Shown here in pieces: positions 10,214 through 18,598 of a DNA stretch of 64,000 nt. This DNA comes from Gemmatimonadota bacterium (lineage in GTDB: Bacteria > Gemmatimonadota > Gemmatimonadetes > Palauibacterales > Palauibacteraceae): positions 2,336,001 to 2,400,000 of the forward strand of contig OZ220691.1 in assembly GCA_965116475.1 (NCBI GenBank), written 5' to 3'. The notes below the pieces were generated by a model that was not told the DNA's origin, did not search any database, and was given only the letters and a program-made list of their open reading frames with translations. The translations under genes and the position numbers were made by a program. Each line of letters begins with the position of its first letter. Position 1 is the first letter of the stretch.

Positions 10214-10597
10214 CTACGGCTCGCGCCCTACTCGATTCGCGACCGTGCGGAGATAGTCAGCTATCGCCTGCTCGCTAAGCGCGTTGCGCCGCTTGCACCC
10301 GCGGCTCCACCCGAACCCACGGACGGCGGAGTACGATCCTGCCGCGCCCCACGCGGCAGCGACAGCGACGGAGCCGGCGTCCTCAGAGTTGAGACCATCA
10401 GAATCATCGGCTACAAGTACCACCAAACCGAGGGGGAAGACTACACCGTAGACGACATCGGCGACCGGAGCGATGATGCTGCGCGTGCAATGGCCTCGCG
10501 GAATCGGGCCATCACCGGGGGGCGGTTTTTTCATGAAGAGGACTGAACGGCCGGCGGACAGCGCGGCGACCAGGAGAACGGATGCGAGTCTTCGCAC
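10214..10597 (-). CDS. Small hypothetical membrane protein with degenerate lipoprotein-like signal
   Basis: GAGGAGG RBS before GTG 10597; MRRLASVLLVAALSAGRS; two hydrophobic segments bracketed by two Cys. Confidence 0.55.
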   Translation of the reverse strand: MRRLASVLLVAALSAGRSVLFMKKPPPGDGPIPRGHCTRSIIAPVADVVYGVVFPLGLVVLVADDSDGLNSEDAGSVAVAAAWGAAGSYSAVRGFGWSRGCKRRNALSEQAIADYLRTVANRVGREP

Positions 10598-10701
10598 GTT
10601 CGTTTCCTCCTCTTGAGGGCATTGCACCCTCGATGCACGGCCGGTGAGCCGGAGCGACATCCCCTGCCCCACGGAACGTAACAACGCCCACGGTGCAGCG
10701 C

Positions 10702-10721
10702 GACGTTCCCGCGGGAACGTC
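10702..10721. repeat. Perfect 20-bp palindrome GACGTTCCCGCGGGAACGTC, copy 1
   Basis: Identical copy at 59710-59729; overlaps the qhpE stop codon. Confidence 0.85.
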
Positions 10722-11475
10722 AGGCCGCGGCCAGCGCCTCCAGCGCGGCGAGTGCGGCGGCGCGGCCGCGCGCGTCCGGGAAGGGTTCGAGCGCGAGGGC
10801 GACCATGCCGGTCGCGTTCGCCACGGCGAAGCTGATCCCGTTGAGGTTCCGCTCGGGCGGGACGCTCGGGATCGGGCGCGGATAGCCGGAGGCGTAGAGC
10901 ACCCGGCGGCCGTCGCGCCGACCGATGCGGACGGCGTCCCGCGGGAGGTCCCAGTCGAGGCACACGCCGAGTGCGTCGGGGAGGCTGCCCGGGAGCCAGC
11001 GCTCCCCTTCGTGCGAATGGGCCGCGATGACGAGCGTTCCGGCGCGCGCGGCGCGTTCGACCGCGGGCTGCAGCACCTCGATGCGGCGCTGGCGGGGCGT
11101 TCCGAGGCTCAGATTGGCCAGCCGGCAGCCGCGCTCCGCGGCCCGGTCGATCGCCTTTGCCAGCGTCCGGGCGCTCGTCGCCAACTCGCCGTGAAAGACG
11201 CGGGCGACGTGAACCTGCGCGCCCGGCGCCTTCTCCTGGATGGCCGCGGTGACGGCGGTCCCGTGGCCCAGCCGGTCGGTCAGGTCGTCGTGCTCGCAGC
11301 CGTCCGGGGAGAACGCGACGCCGCCCGCCAGGAGCCCCAGGTGCGGATGGTTCGGGTGCGCCCCGCTGTCGATGACCGCGATGGAGATCCCCCGGCCGGT
11401 CCGGCGCCGGAGCGGCTCCGCGCCCATCCGCACGACCGCCGGTCCCGGGGGCGCTCCCGCCGCCGGCGCGGTCAC
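10720..11475 (-). CDS. qhpE: Subtilisin-like (S8) serine protease, QhpC leader-processing enzyme
   Basis: Catalytic triad VIDSG / GHGTAV / NGISFA; no signal peptide; last gene of the qhp run with GTGA overlap. Confidence 0.82.
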   Translation of the reverse strand: MTAPAAGAPPGPAVVRMGAEPLRRRTGRGISIAVIDSGAHPNHPHLGLLAGGVAFSPDGCEHDDLTDRLGHGTAVTAAIQEKAPGAQVHVARVFHGELATSARTLAKAIDRAAERGCRLANLSLGTPRQRRIEVLQPAVERAARAGTLVIAAHSHEGERWLPGSLPDALGVCLDWDLPRDAVRIGRRDGRRVLYASGYPRPIPSVPPERNLNGISFAVANATGMVALALEPFPDARGRAAALAALEALAAA

Positions 11476-13190
11476 CCGGCGAACAGGGCGCGGAACGCAC
11501 CCGGCCGAGCGTCGAGTTCCGCCGGACGGCCATCCTGCGCGACCCGCCCGTCGCGGAGCACGACCACGCGCTCGGCCCGGCGCGCGAGTTCGGGGCGGTG
11601 CGTGATCAGCACGGTGGTCCGTCCCCGCATCAGCGCCGCGTAGCCCTCCAGCACCTGCGCCTCCGAGGCCGGGTCCAGAGCCCCCGTCGCCTCGTCGAAC
11701 ACGAGCACGGCCGGATCGGCGAGGAAGGCGCGCGCCACCGCCACGCGCTGCCGCTCCCCGGCGGAGAGCTGCCGGCCCCGCTCGCCGACCACCGTCCCCG
11801 CCCCCTCCGGAAGCGACGCGAGCAGCCCGTCGAGCGCCGCCGCCGCGAGCGCCCCGGTCACCTCCAGGTCCGTCGCGTCCGGCCTGGCGTAGCGCACGTT
11901 CTCGGCGATCGAGGCGTGGAAGATGAACGGGTCCTGCTCCACCACGGCCACGTTCCGCCGCACGTCGGCCAGCGCGAGCCCGCGCAGGTCCCTCCCGTCG
12001 AGCAGGACCCGCCCGCCCTCCGGGTCGAGTTGGCGCGAGAGCAGGTCCGCGATCGTCGACTTCCCGCTCCCGCTCGCGCCGACGAGCGCCACCACCTGCC
12101 CGGCGGGCACCTCAAGCGATACGCCCTCCAGCACCTCCCCTCCGCGCCCGAAGCCCAGCCTGACGTCCTCCAGCACCAACGCCCCCGCAGCCCGCTCCAG
12201 CCGCTTCGCCCCATCCGTCTCCACCACCTCCAGCGGTGTGTCGAACAGTTCGTGGACGCGCACGAGCGACGCCCGCGCGCTCGCCAGGTTCGCGTACAGC
12301 CCCATCAGCGCCTGCACGGGAAAGAGGAGCCGCATCTGGTACGCCATGAAGGCGACGAACGTCCCCAGCGTCGTCGCCTCCGTGATGACCCGGTAGCCCC
12401 CGTACAGGAAGACGGCGGCGGTCCCCGTCTGCAGGAGGACCCCCGGCAGGCCTCCCGCCAGGTACGTGTAGCGGCGCATCGACAGCAGCGCCCGCACGAA
12501 CCGGTCGTTGTGGCGCCCGAACCGCGCCGCCTCCCGCTCCTGGGCGTTGGACGCCACGACCGTCCGCACCCCCTGCAGCGTCTCGATGAGAAAGCTCCCG
12601 ATGTCCGCGCTCCGCTCCCGCAGGTGCCTCACCCGCCCCTCGAGCCGGCGACGGTATCGCACCAGCGCCCAGAGGCTCGGCGGCAGCGCAACGAGCCCCG
12701 CCAGGAAGAGCCGCGCGTCGAGATAGATGAGCATCCCCACCGTCCCGATCAGGAAAAGCACGTTCCCGAACAGCCCGAGCGCCGCGTCCGCCGTCACCCG
12801 CTGGATCTCGCCGATGTCGCTGTTGATGCGCGACACGATGTCCCCGAACGGCGTCCGCGCGTAGAACCTCGGCGAGAGCCGCTGCAGGTGGCGGTAGAGC
12901 GCCAGCCGCATGTCGAACAGGATGCCCGCCGACACCCGCGTGTACCGCATCCCGCTGGCGACGTTGGCCCCGAAACCGAGGAGAGTGATTCCGATGAAGA
13001 GGCCGACGATCCTGAGCAGAAGAGGGAAGTCCCCGCCCAGGATCGCGTCGTCGATCATCGCCTTCGACAGGTAGGGAAGGGCGAGCCCGAGCGCGGTCCC
13101 GGCCGTGGAAAGGAGGACCACGGGCAGCAAAGCCCCCGCGTACGGTCGAACGTAGGCGAGGGCTCGGCGAAGGTGCGGGTCCCGGATCAC
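11472..13190 (-). CDS. qhpF: ABC exporter (fused TMD and NBD), putative QhpC translocator
   Basis: GTG 13190 after GAGGT; six TM helices; Walker A GASGSGKST; signature LSAGERQR; VFDEAT; located in the qhp cluster. Confidence 0.82.
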   Translation of the reverse strand: MIRDPHLRRALAYVRPYAGALLPVVLLSTAGTALGLALPYLSKAMIDDAILGGDFPLLLRIVGLFIGITLLGFGANVASGMRYTRVSAGILFDMRLALYRHLQRLSPRFYARTPFGDIVSRINSDIGEIQRVTADAALGLFGNVLFLIGTVGMLIYLDARLFLAGLVALPPSLWALVRYRRRLEGRVRHLRERSADIGSFLIETLQGVRTVVASNAQEREAARFGRHNDRFVRALLSMRRYTYLAGGLPGVLLQTGTAAVFLYGGYRVITEATTLGTFVAFMAYQMRLLFPVQALMGLYANLASARASLVRVHELFDTPLEVVETDGAKRLERAAGALVLEDVRLGFGRGGEVLEGVSLEVPAGQVVALVGASGSGKSTIADLLSRQLDPEGGRVLLDGRDLRGLALADVRRNVAVVEQDPFIFHASIAENVRYARPDATDLEVTGALAAAALDGLLASLPEGAGTVVGERGRQLSAGERQRVAVARAFLADPAVLVFDEATGALDPASEAQVLEGYAALMRGRTTVLITHRPELARRAERVVVLRDGRVAQDGRPAELDARPGAFRALFAG

Positions 13191-13207
13191 CCGGACCTCA
13201 CGGGCTG

Positions 13208-14344
13208 CTAGGGATCGGGCACCACGACGACGCTCGTCATGTCCGCGTCCAGCGTGACCGTCCGCAGGAATTCGAACGTCTCCTCGTCGTAGATGTCGAT
13301 CGTGCTGCCGGCATTGTAGATGTAGAGCTTCGTGCCGTCGGCGCTCGGCATCAGCGCCATCCGCGGCCGCCCCTCGAAGGTGACGCGCCCGGCGACCCGC
13401 CGGCCCTCGAGGTCGAACTTCCACATTTCATAGTGCCCGATCTCGGACTTGAGCCCGTATCCCTTCGTCCCGTCCGGCGAGAGCACGAACGAGACGCCTT
13501 CGCTGGGACCGATGGGGTGGAACTCCACGTCTTGCGCCGCCAGGTCCACGGTCGCGATGCCCATGAGGCGGCGGTTCTGGAGCGGATCCGTCATGCGGAA
13601 GAGACCCGTGTAGACGCCGTCCTCCTCCTGGTAGGGACTCTGGCCGAAGGGAAGCCTCATCTCGCCCAGCCCCGGCTCCAGCGGTTCCGAGATATCCCAG
13701 CGGTCCACCTCCTCGAACGTCTCGGAGTCGAGCGCGATGAGATCGTCCGTGAACATGTACAGAAGATCGCCGTCGGGAGAGAAGCGGAAGTTGGCGGAGC
13801 GGCGCGACTCGTCGTCCGGCCACGGGATGGTGTCGGTCACCTCGTAGGTCGTGAGATCGAAGCGCAGGATGGTCGGCTCGTCGATCCGGTACCGGTCGGC
13901 GAGCTTCGTGCGGCTCTGCACGAACATCGCCATCCAGTCCTGGCTCGGGTGGATCTGGAAGGAGCGGATCCACGTCCGGGTCGAACCCTCGCTCAGCGTG
14001 AACTCCCCGATCGACTCCTTGGAGGGGAGGGCGATGATCTCGATCGTCTCGAAGAAGGGGTCCATCACGTAGAGCCGCGACCGGTCCTCGGAGACGTCGA
14101 GGCGGAGGGAGATCGGACGCTTGACCGGGATCCGGTCCACGATTTCCTCCGTGGCCTCATCCCAGACGAGGACTTCATTGCTGTAGTTGCCCATGTACCA
14201 GTGGGCGTTGCGGCCGTTCCCCGGCGCGCCGCCGTTCTCCTGCGCCTCCAGCCCCGGCGCCGAGTCCGCGCCGAGTCCGCAGGCGATGGCGGCGGCTGCG
14301 GCGAGACCGGCCGCGCGTGTCCGGACCCCTCCCGGGCGGATCAC
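13208..14344 (-). CDS. qhpB: Quinohemoprotein amine dehydrogenase beta subunit (beta-propeller)
   Basis: GTGA overlap with qhpC stop; signal peptide; propeller repeats (SPDGDLLY, SPDGTKGY, SADGTKLYIY); directly downstream of qhpC. Confidence 0.8.
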   Translation of the reverse strand: MIRPGGVRTRAAGLAAAAAIACGLGADSAPGLEAQENGGAPGNGRNAHWYMGNYSNEVLVWDEATEEIVDRIPVKRPISLRLDVSEDRSRLYVMDPFFETIEIIALPSKESIGEFTLSEGSTRTWIRSFQIHPSQDWMAMFVQSRTKLADRYRIDEPTILRFDLTTYEVTDTIPWPDDESRRSANFRFSPDGDLLYMFTDDLIALDSETFEEVDRWDISEPLEPGLGEMRLPFGQSPYQEEDGVYTGLFRMTDPLQNRRLMGIATVDLAAQDVEFHPIGPSEGVSFVLSPDGTKGYGLKSEIGHYEMWKFDLEGRRVAGRVTFEGRPRMALMPSADGTKLYIYNAGSTIDIYDEETFEFLRTVTLDADMTSVVVVPDP

Positions 14345-14697
14345 GGGAAGACGAGGTCCAGCTTCCGCCAGTCCTTCTGCGCCGACGCGCACTGCGACGT
14401 CCAGTCCGGCGAGTGGTTGAGCTGGTCGGGCACGTGCGCCGGCCAGAAGCAGGCGAGGTGGCAGTCGAACAGGTCCCGTTCCACGGGCTGGCACAGCCCG
14501 GCGGTGCCGCCGGTCGAATCCACCTCCCAGCCGGGCGAGAACACGAGCGAGCAGCCCAGCGGAATGTGGGGCCCCTCCGGCCGGCTCTCGAGCCCCACGA
14601 CGTCCATCTCCTCGTCCTTCGCCCGGTCCATCGCCTCGCGGGCCACCTGGGCCTCGATGCGGCCGGCCTTCTGGTTGATCGGTTTCAGGTGCTTCAC
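14341..14697 (-). CDS. qhpC: Quinohemoprotein amine dehydrogenase gamma subunit precursor (CTQ-bearing, thioether cross-linked)
   Basis: Leader MKHLKPINQKA; GC...PGWEVD...LCQPVERDL..C...C.WPA..PD...DWRKL..VFP matches the QhpC pattern. Confidence 0.96.
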   Translation of the reverse strand: MKHLKPINQKAGRIEAQVAREAMDRAKDEEMDVVGLESRPEGPHIPLGCSLVFSPGWEVDSTGGTAGLCQPVERDLFDCHLACFWPAHVPDQLNHSPDWTSQCASAQKDWRKLDLVFP

Positions 14698-14709
14698 GGC
14701 TCCCCCTCG

Positions 14710-16149
14710 TCAGTGCCCGAAGCGCGACAGGTACTCCGGGTTCCGCTCGGACAACTCTCCGTAGATCTCCAGACACGTGTGCGTCCACGTCCGGACCCAG
14801 GTGCAGAAGTGCAGGTTGGGCGCGGTCGTCTCGCCTGTCCGCGTGTGCGCCTCGTGGTAGCAGCCGCCCGAGCAGATCGGACGGGCCCAGCAGGTATGGC
14901 AGTCCGTCTTCTTGCTGATGTGGTGATCCTCGAGGAAGTCCTTCTGCCGCTCGCGGTCGATCCCCTCGGCGACCGTCCCGAAGCTGTGGTCGTTCGAGTA
15001 GGCGAAGCGGTGGCAGAGCGACACGTCGCCCCCCGTCGTCACGCCCATCAGCCCGAGCCCGGCCCCGCACGGATATGCCTTGCTCACGCCCTTGTGGATC
15101 TCCTCCAGCGTATCCTTCACGTTCGAGAAGCCGTGGTGCCGGTTCTCCACCGCGTGGTCCAGCCAGTCGCGCGCCAACTCTCCGAACTGGCGCAGCATGC
15201 GGTCGTATCCCTCGTCCTCGATCTCGTAGTCGCGCCCGGAGGAGGTCGTGACCGGGGCGAAGCCCACCTCCCAGAACCCCATTTCCTCCGTCAGGTGACG
15301 GTAGATGCGGTGGATGTCGAGGTTCTCGCGCGTGAGCGTGACGCGCGCGCCGATCGGCCGGGACTTGTGCCGCTTGAGCAGTTCCTTGATCCGGGGTTTG
15401 ACCGTCTCGTAGGAGCCCTTGCCGCTGTGGAAGACCCGCATGCGGTCCTGCATCTCCTTCGGGCCGTCGATGGAGACGGTCACGCCGATCTCGTTGTCCG
15501 CCAGCCACTCGATGATGTCGGGGCGGAGGAGCGTCGCGTTCGTCGTGAGGCTGAACTCGATCCGCTTCCCGTCCTCCTGGGCGCGGCGGCGGGCGTAGGC
15601 CACCGTGTCCTGGAGCACGGGGAAGTTGAGCAGCGTCTCCCCTCCGAAGAAGGTGAGGTGCGCGACCTCGATGGGGCCGGACTCCTTGAGGAGGAACTCC
15701 ACGCTTTCCCGCGCGGTCTCGTCCCCCATGAACTTCGGGTCGTCCGTGCACGTGGTGTCGACGATCTTGTCTTCGCCGTACTCGTAGCAGTACGTGCAGG
15801 CGAGATTGCACTTGTTCGTGACGTTGAGGACCATCGTCGTGAGCGGGAAGCCGTCGGGCGGCAGGTCGTTCACGACCTGTTCGGCGGGAGCCCCCGCCTC
15901 CCCGATGGCGCGAATCTGCTGAAGTTCGAGCAACCCATCGTGTACGCGGTCGACGGGATACCGGTCGGAGAGCGAGTTCACGACCTCGCCCGGCGCGCGG
16001 GGGCCGTAGCTCAGCAGGTCGAGGATCGCGGAGGACGCCGCATCGATCCGGAAGATGCCGGCCGAGGGCACGAGGTAGAGAAACCGCTCGCCTGCCGCCT
16101 CGAAGGCGTGGAATTCGCGCAGCGCCAGTTGGCCGATCGGTTTGATCAC
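14710..16149 (-). CDS. qhpD: Radical SAM/SPASM thioether-forming maturase
   Basis: N-terminal EFHAFEAAGERFLYLVPS; CNLACTYC; FFGGETLLN; SPASM YPCGAG...CHRF...CHTCWARPICSGGC; GTGA overlap with qhpA. Confidence 0.94.
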   Translation of the reverse strand: MIKPIGQLALREFHAFEAAGERFLYLVPSAGIFRIDAASSAILDLLSYGPRAPGEVVNSLSDRYPVDRVHDGLLELQQIRAIGEAGAPAEQVVNDLPPDGFPLTTMVLNVTNKCNLACTYCYEYGEDKIVDTTCTDDPKFMGDETARESVEFLLKESGPIEVAHLTFFGGETLLNFPVLQDTVAYARRRAQEDGKRIEFSLTTNATLLRPDIIEWLADNEIGVTVSIDGPKEMQDRMRVFHSGKGSYETVKPRIKELLKRHKSRPIGARVTLTRENLDIHRIYRHLTEEMGFWEVGFAPVTTSSGRDYEIEDEGYDRMLRQFGELARDWLDHAVENRHHGFSNVKDTLEEIHKGVSKAYPCGAGLGLMGVTTGGDVSLCHRFAYSNDHSFGTVAEGIDRERQKDFLEDHHISKKTDCHTCWARPICSGGCYHEAHTRTGETTAPNLHFCTWVRTWTHTCLEIYGELSERNPEYLSRFGH

Positions 16150-17876
16150 GGCACCAGCCTCCCTGCCGGAACGCCCTGCCACGGGTCGAACTTGAGATAC
16201 AGCGGTACCGTGACGATGAGGTGGGCGCGGGCGCGGAGGCTCTCGCCGCCGGCCGGATCCGCGCCCGAATCCGCGTAGGTCGCGACGACCCACACGTCGC
16301 CGATGTTGTTCCGGTTGCCCTTGCGGCCGGGGTTCGGACCGTCGATTGCCGGAGTGAAGATGCCGTCCGACCCCAGCGCGCCGACGTACTGGATGTCGTC
16401 GTCATCGAAGGTGGCCGTGTACTCCTCCATGCTCCAGCTCACGGGCACGCGCCCGAGTCGCAGGTCGTCCTCCGTGTTCGGCTCGCCGTCGGGGCCGTCG
16501 TCCCACCCGATGGCGTCGTAGGGCTGATGGCCTTTCGGGAAGGCGGCTCCGCCGATCCGGGCCATCCCGGCGCGCGGCGTCACTTCGAGGCGGTCCACGC
16601 CGTCATGGACCTGAATCGCGTCCGCCAGGCTCACGCCGCCCAGGAAGAGGTCGCGCCCGCCGACGGCCGCATCGTCATCGACGGAGAGGCGAAGCGTGAC
16701 CTGGCTCCCGTCGCCACCCGTCGCGGACTCGACCCGGACGCCGGGCCCGAAGTCGAAGTCGGTCGCGTCGGGACTCGCCGGGAGATCGACGCCGTGAACC
16801 CGGAGTTCGGTCGACGACGCGCCGGAGCGGATCGCCGGGGGATGCACGCCCGATACGACGGGGCCGCCGCTCGCGCGGGTCAGCGTCACGTCGGGGCCGA
16901 ACTCATCGTACGCGCCCGTGAACCAGCGGCCCGTCATCCGCTGCCATCCGCGGTCCACCGTCATGACCTCCCGCAACTCGTCCGCGCCGCCGGGATTCGA
17001 CCGTCCCCGCCACTGATAGCCGGTATAGACGATGGCCTGTCCGCTCCGACTCACCTCCCGCCCCGACTCCGCGTACGTGTACGAGGCGCGGGAGCGGAAC
17101 TCGTCGGGCGCGTCGCCGGCGGAGATCTCCACCGTGCCGAAGATCCGGCCCTTCCCGGGCTCGAACCCCGCCAGCGCCCAGGTGCCCGCGAGCCGCGGCG
17201 TGCGCATCGAGGCCGACCAGGCGGACCATTCCGGCGTCTCGAGGGGGAAGGCCTCGGAGAGGTGCTCGATCGCCTCGTCCACCGGCTGAGGTCCGTCGCC
17301 TCCGCCCTGGAACCCCTGGAAATCGACGAGCGGGTACAGGCCGCGGTGCGTCGCCATGAGGAGTTCCCACTCCTCGCGCGTGCGCCGCTGTGTGATGACG
17401 CGGCCCATGCTGTGGCACTGAATACAGGTGTTTTCGACGTCGCGGTCCGCCTCGTAGACGTGCTCGATGAGGCGGCGTTCGACCTCGAAGCGCCCGGGTT
17501 CGAGTTCCTCCGGCGCGAGGCCCTGCCGGTTGGAGAGATAGCGCACGACCTCGCGCGCCTCGTCGGGGCCGAGGGAGACGTCGTTGAGCGCCACCATGCG
17601 GCGGACCGACGTCTGCCACCCCTCCGGCGTCTTCCGCTCGTAGGAGATCCGCGTCATCCGTCCTTCTTCATCGCGCTCGTGGCAGCGCTGACAGCGGCGG
17701 ATGATGATCTCGTGGTCGATCGGATAGCCCTCGTCGTCGGCTGCCGCGTGGACGGGAGCGGCGCTCGCGGGCATGCCCGGGACCGAAGGCATCGCGCGGG
17801 CGGCGATGAGGGCCGCGGCGACGACGACCAGGCCGGCCGCCGCCAACGCGTTCTTTCGGGACGCTGCGTGATTCAT
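16146..17876 (-). CDS. qhpA: Quinohemoprotein amine dehydrogenase alpha subunit (di-heme c)
   Basis: GGAGG RBS; signal peptide; CQRCH and CIQCH; RISYERKTPEGW; YTGYQWRG; GPDGEPNTEDD; GPNPGRK..NNIGD; LIVTVP. Confidence 0.95.
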   Translation of the reverse strand: MNHAASRKNALAAAGLVVVAAALIAARAMPSVPGMPASAAPVHAAADDEGYPIDHEIIIRRCQRCHERDEEGRMTRISYERKTPEGWQTSVRRMVALNDVSLGPDEAREVVRYLSNRQGLAPEELEPGRFEVERRLIEHVYEADRDVENTCIQCHSMGRVITQRRTREEWELLMATHRGLYPLVDFQGFQGGGDGPQPVDEAIEHLSEAFPLETPEWSAWSASMRTPRLAGTWALAGFEPGKGRIFGTVEISAGDAPDEFRSRASYTYAESGREVSRSGQAIVYTGYQWRGRSNPGGADELREVMTVDRGWQRMTGRWFTGAYDEFGPDVTLTRASGGPVVSGVHPPAIRSGASSTELRVHGVDLPASPDATDFDFGPGVRVESATGGDGSQVTLRLSVDDDAAVGGRDLFLGGVSLADAIQVHDGVDRLEVTPRAGMARIGGAAFPKGHQPYDAIGWDDGPDGEPNTEDDLRLGRVPVSWSMEEYTATFDDDDIQYVGALGSDGIFTPAIDGPNPGRKGNRNNIGDVWVVATYADSGADPAGGESLRARAHLIVTVPLYLKFDPWQGVPAGRLVP

Positions 17877-18133
17877 CCGTCCTCCCGTTCGGAACCGGTC
17901 AATTGTGCGCCGCCTCCGGCACATGCGCCAGTCGTGACCGCCGTTCTCGCCCCCAAACGCCCCGCTCCCGAACCCCCCATGAAGGAAAGTGGGGGGGTAG
18001 CGGTAGCCGCCGCAGTTCCAAGGCCAGAGTTTGCGCAAGGCGTTGCCAGGATCGCGGTAGACAAAAAAAATGAATCGAGGCTTTTTCGTGGGACTGGCAG
18101 AGGGAGGATCGCGGGAGGAGAGGGAAACCGAGG

Positions 18134-18598
18134 ATGACCGAAGGCCAGTATCAGCATCTCCTGAGCATCATCCAGGATAACAATACCAAGCTCGACGGCA
18201 TCGCGGGGAAACTCCGGGAGCACGATGGGCAGCTCGACGGCATCGCAGGGAAACTCCGGGAGCACGATGGGCAGCTCGACGGCATCGCGGGAAAACTCCA
18301 GGAGCACGATGGGCAATTTCACCGCATCGAGGAGAAACTCCAGAAGCACGATGGGCATTTCCACCGCATCGAGGAGGAACTCCAGAAGCACGATGGGTAT
18401 TTCGACCTCATGGCGGGCAAACTTCAGGAGCACGACGGGCGATTCAACGGGCTGGACGAGGTTCTTGATCTCGTTCTTCAGAAGGTCGGCGACGTCGACA
18501 CGAGACTGGGCGGCTTTATTGATCTGATGAAGGCGAGCCCGCTGTGGCGGATGGTGGAGGCTGTGGAGGAAGGTCCAGGAAGCCGGCTCCGACGGTGA
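18134..18598 (+). CDS. Coiled-coil protein built from 14-aa repeats
   Basis: GAGG immediately upstream and purine-rich leader; six repeats of the type LDGIAGKLREHDGQ / FHRIEEKLQKHDGH. Confidence 0.7.
   Translation: MTEGQYQHLLSIIQDNNTKLDGIAGKLREHDGQLDGIAGKLREHDGQLDGIAGKLQEHDGQFHRIEEKLQKHDGHFHRIEEELQKHDGYFDLMAGKLQEHDGRFNGLDEVLDLVLQKVGDVDTRLGGFIDLMKASPLWRMVEAVEEGPGSRLRR
18191..18442 (+). repeat. Six tandem 42-bp intragenic repeats
   Basis: Units start at 18191, 18233, 18275, 18317, 18359, 18401; units 1-3 near-identical, units 4-5 near-identical. Confidence 0.92.

Noticed and set aside
13208..16405. 1065-aa fusion ORF spanning qhpD, qhpC and qhpB
   Set aside because: Only the part from GTG 14344 is protein-like; the upstream part is an off-frame read of qhpD and qhpC.
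18191..18442. Possible CRISPR array
   Set aside because: Repeats are contiguous, in frame and lack unique spacers; no cas genes in the window.
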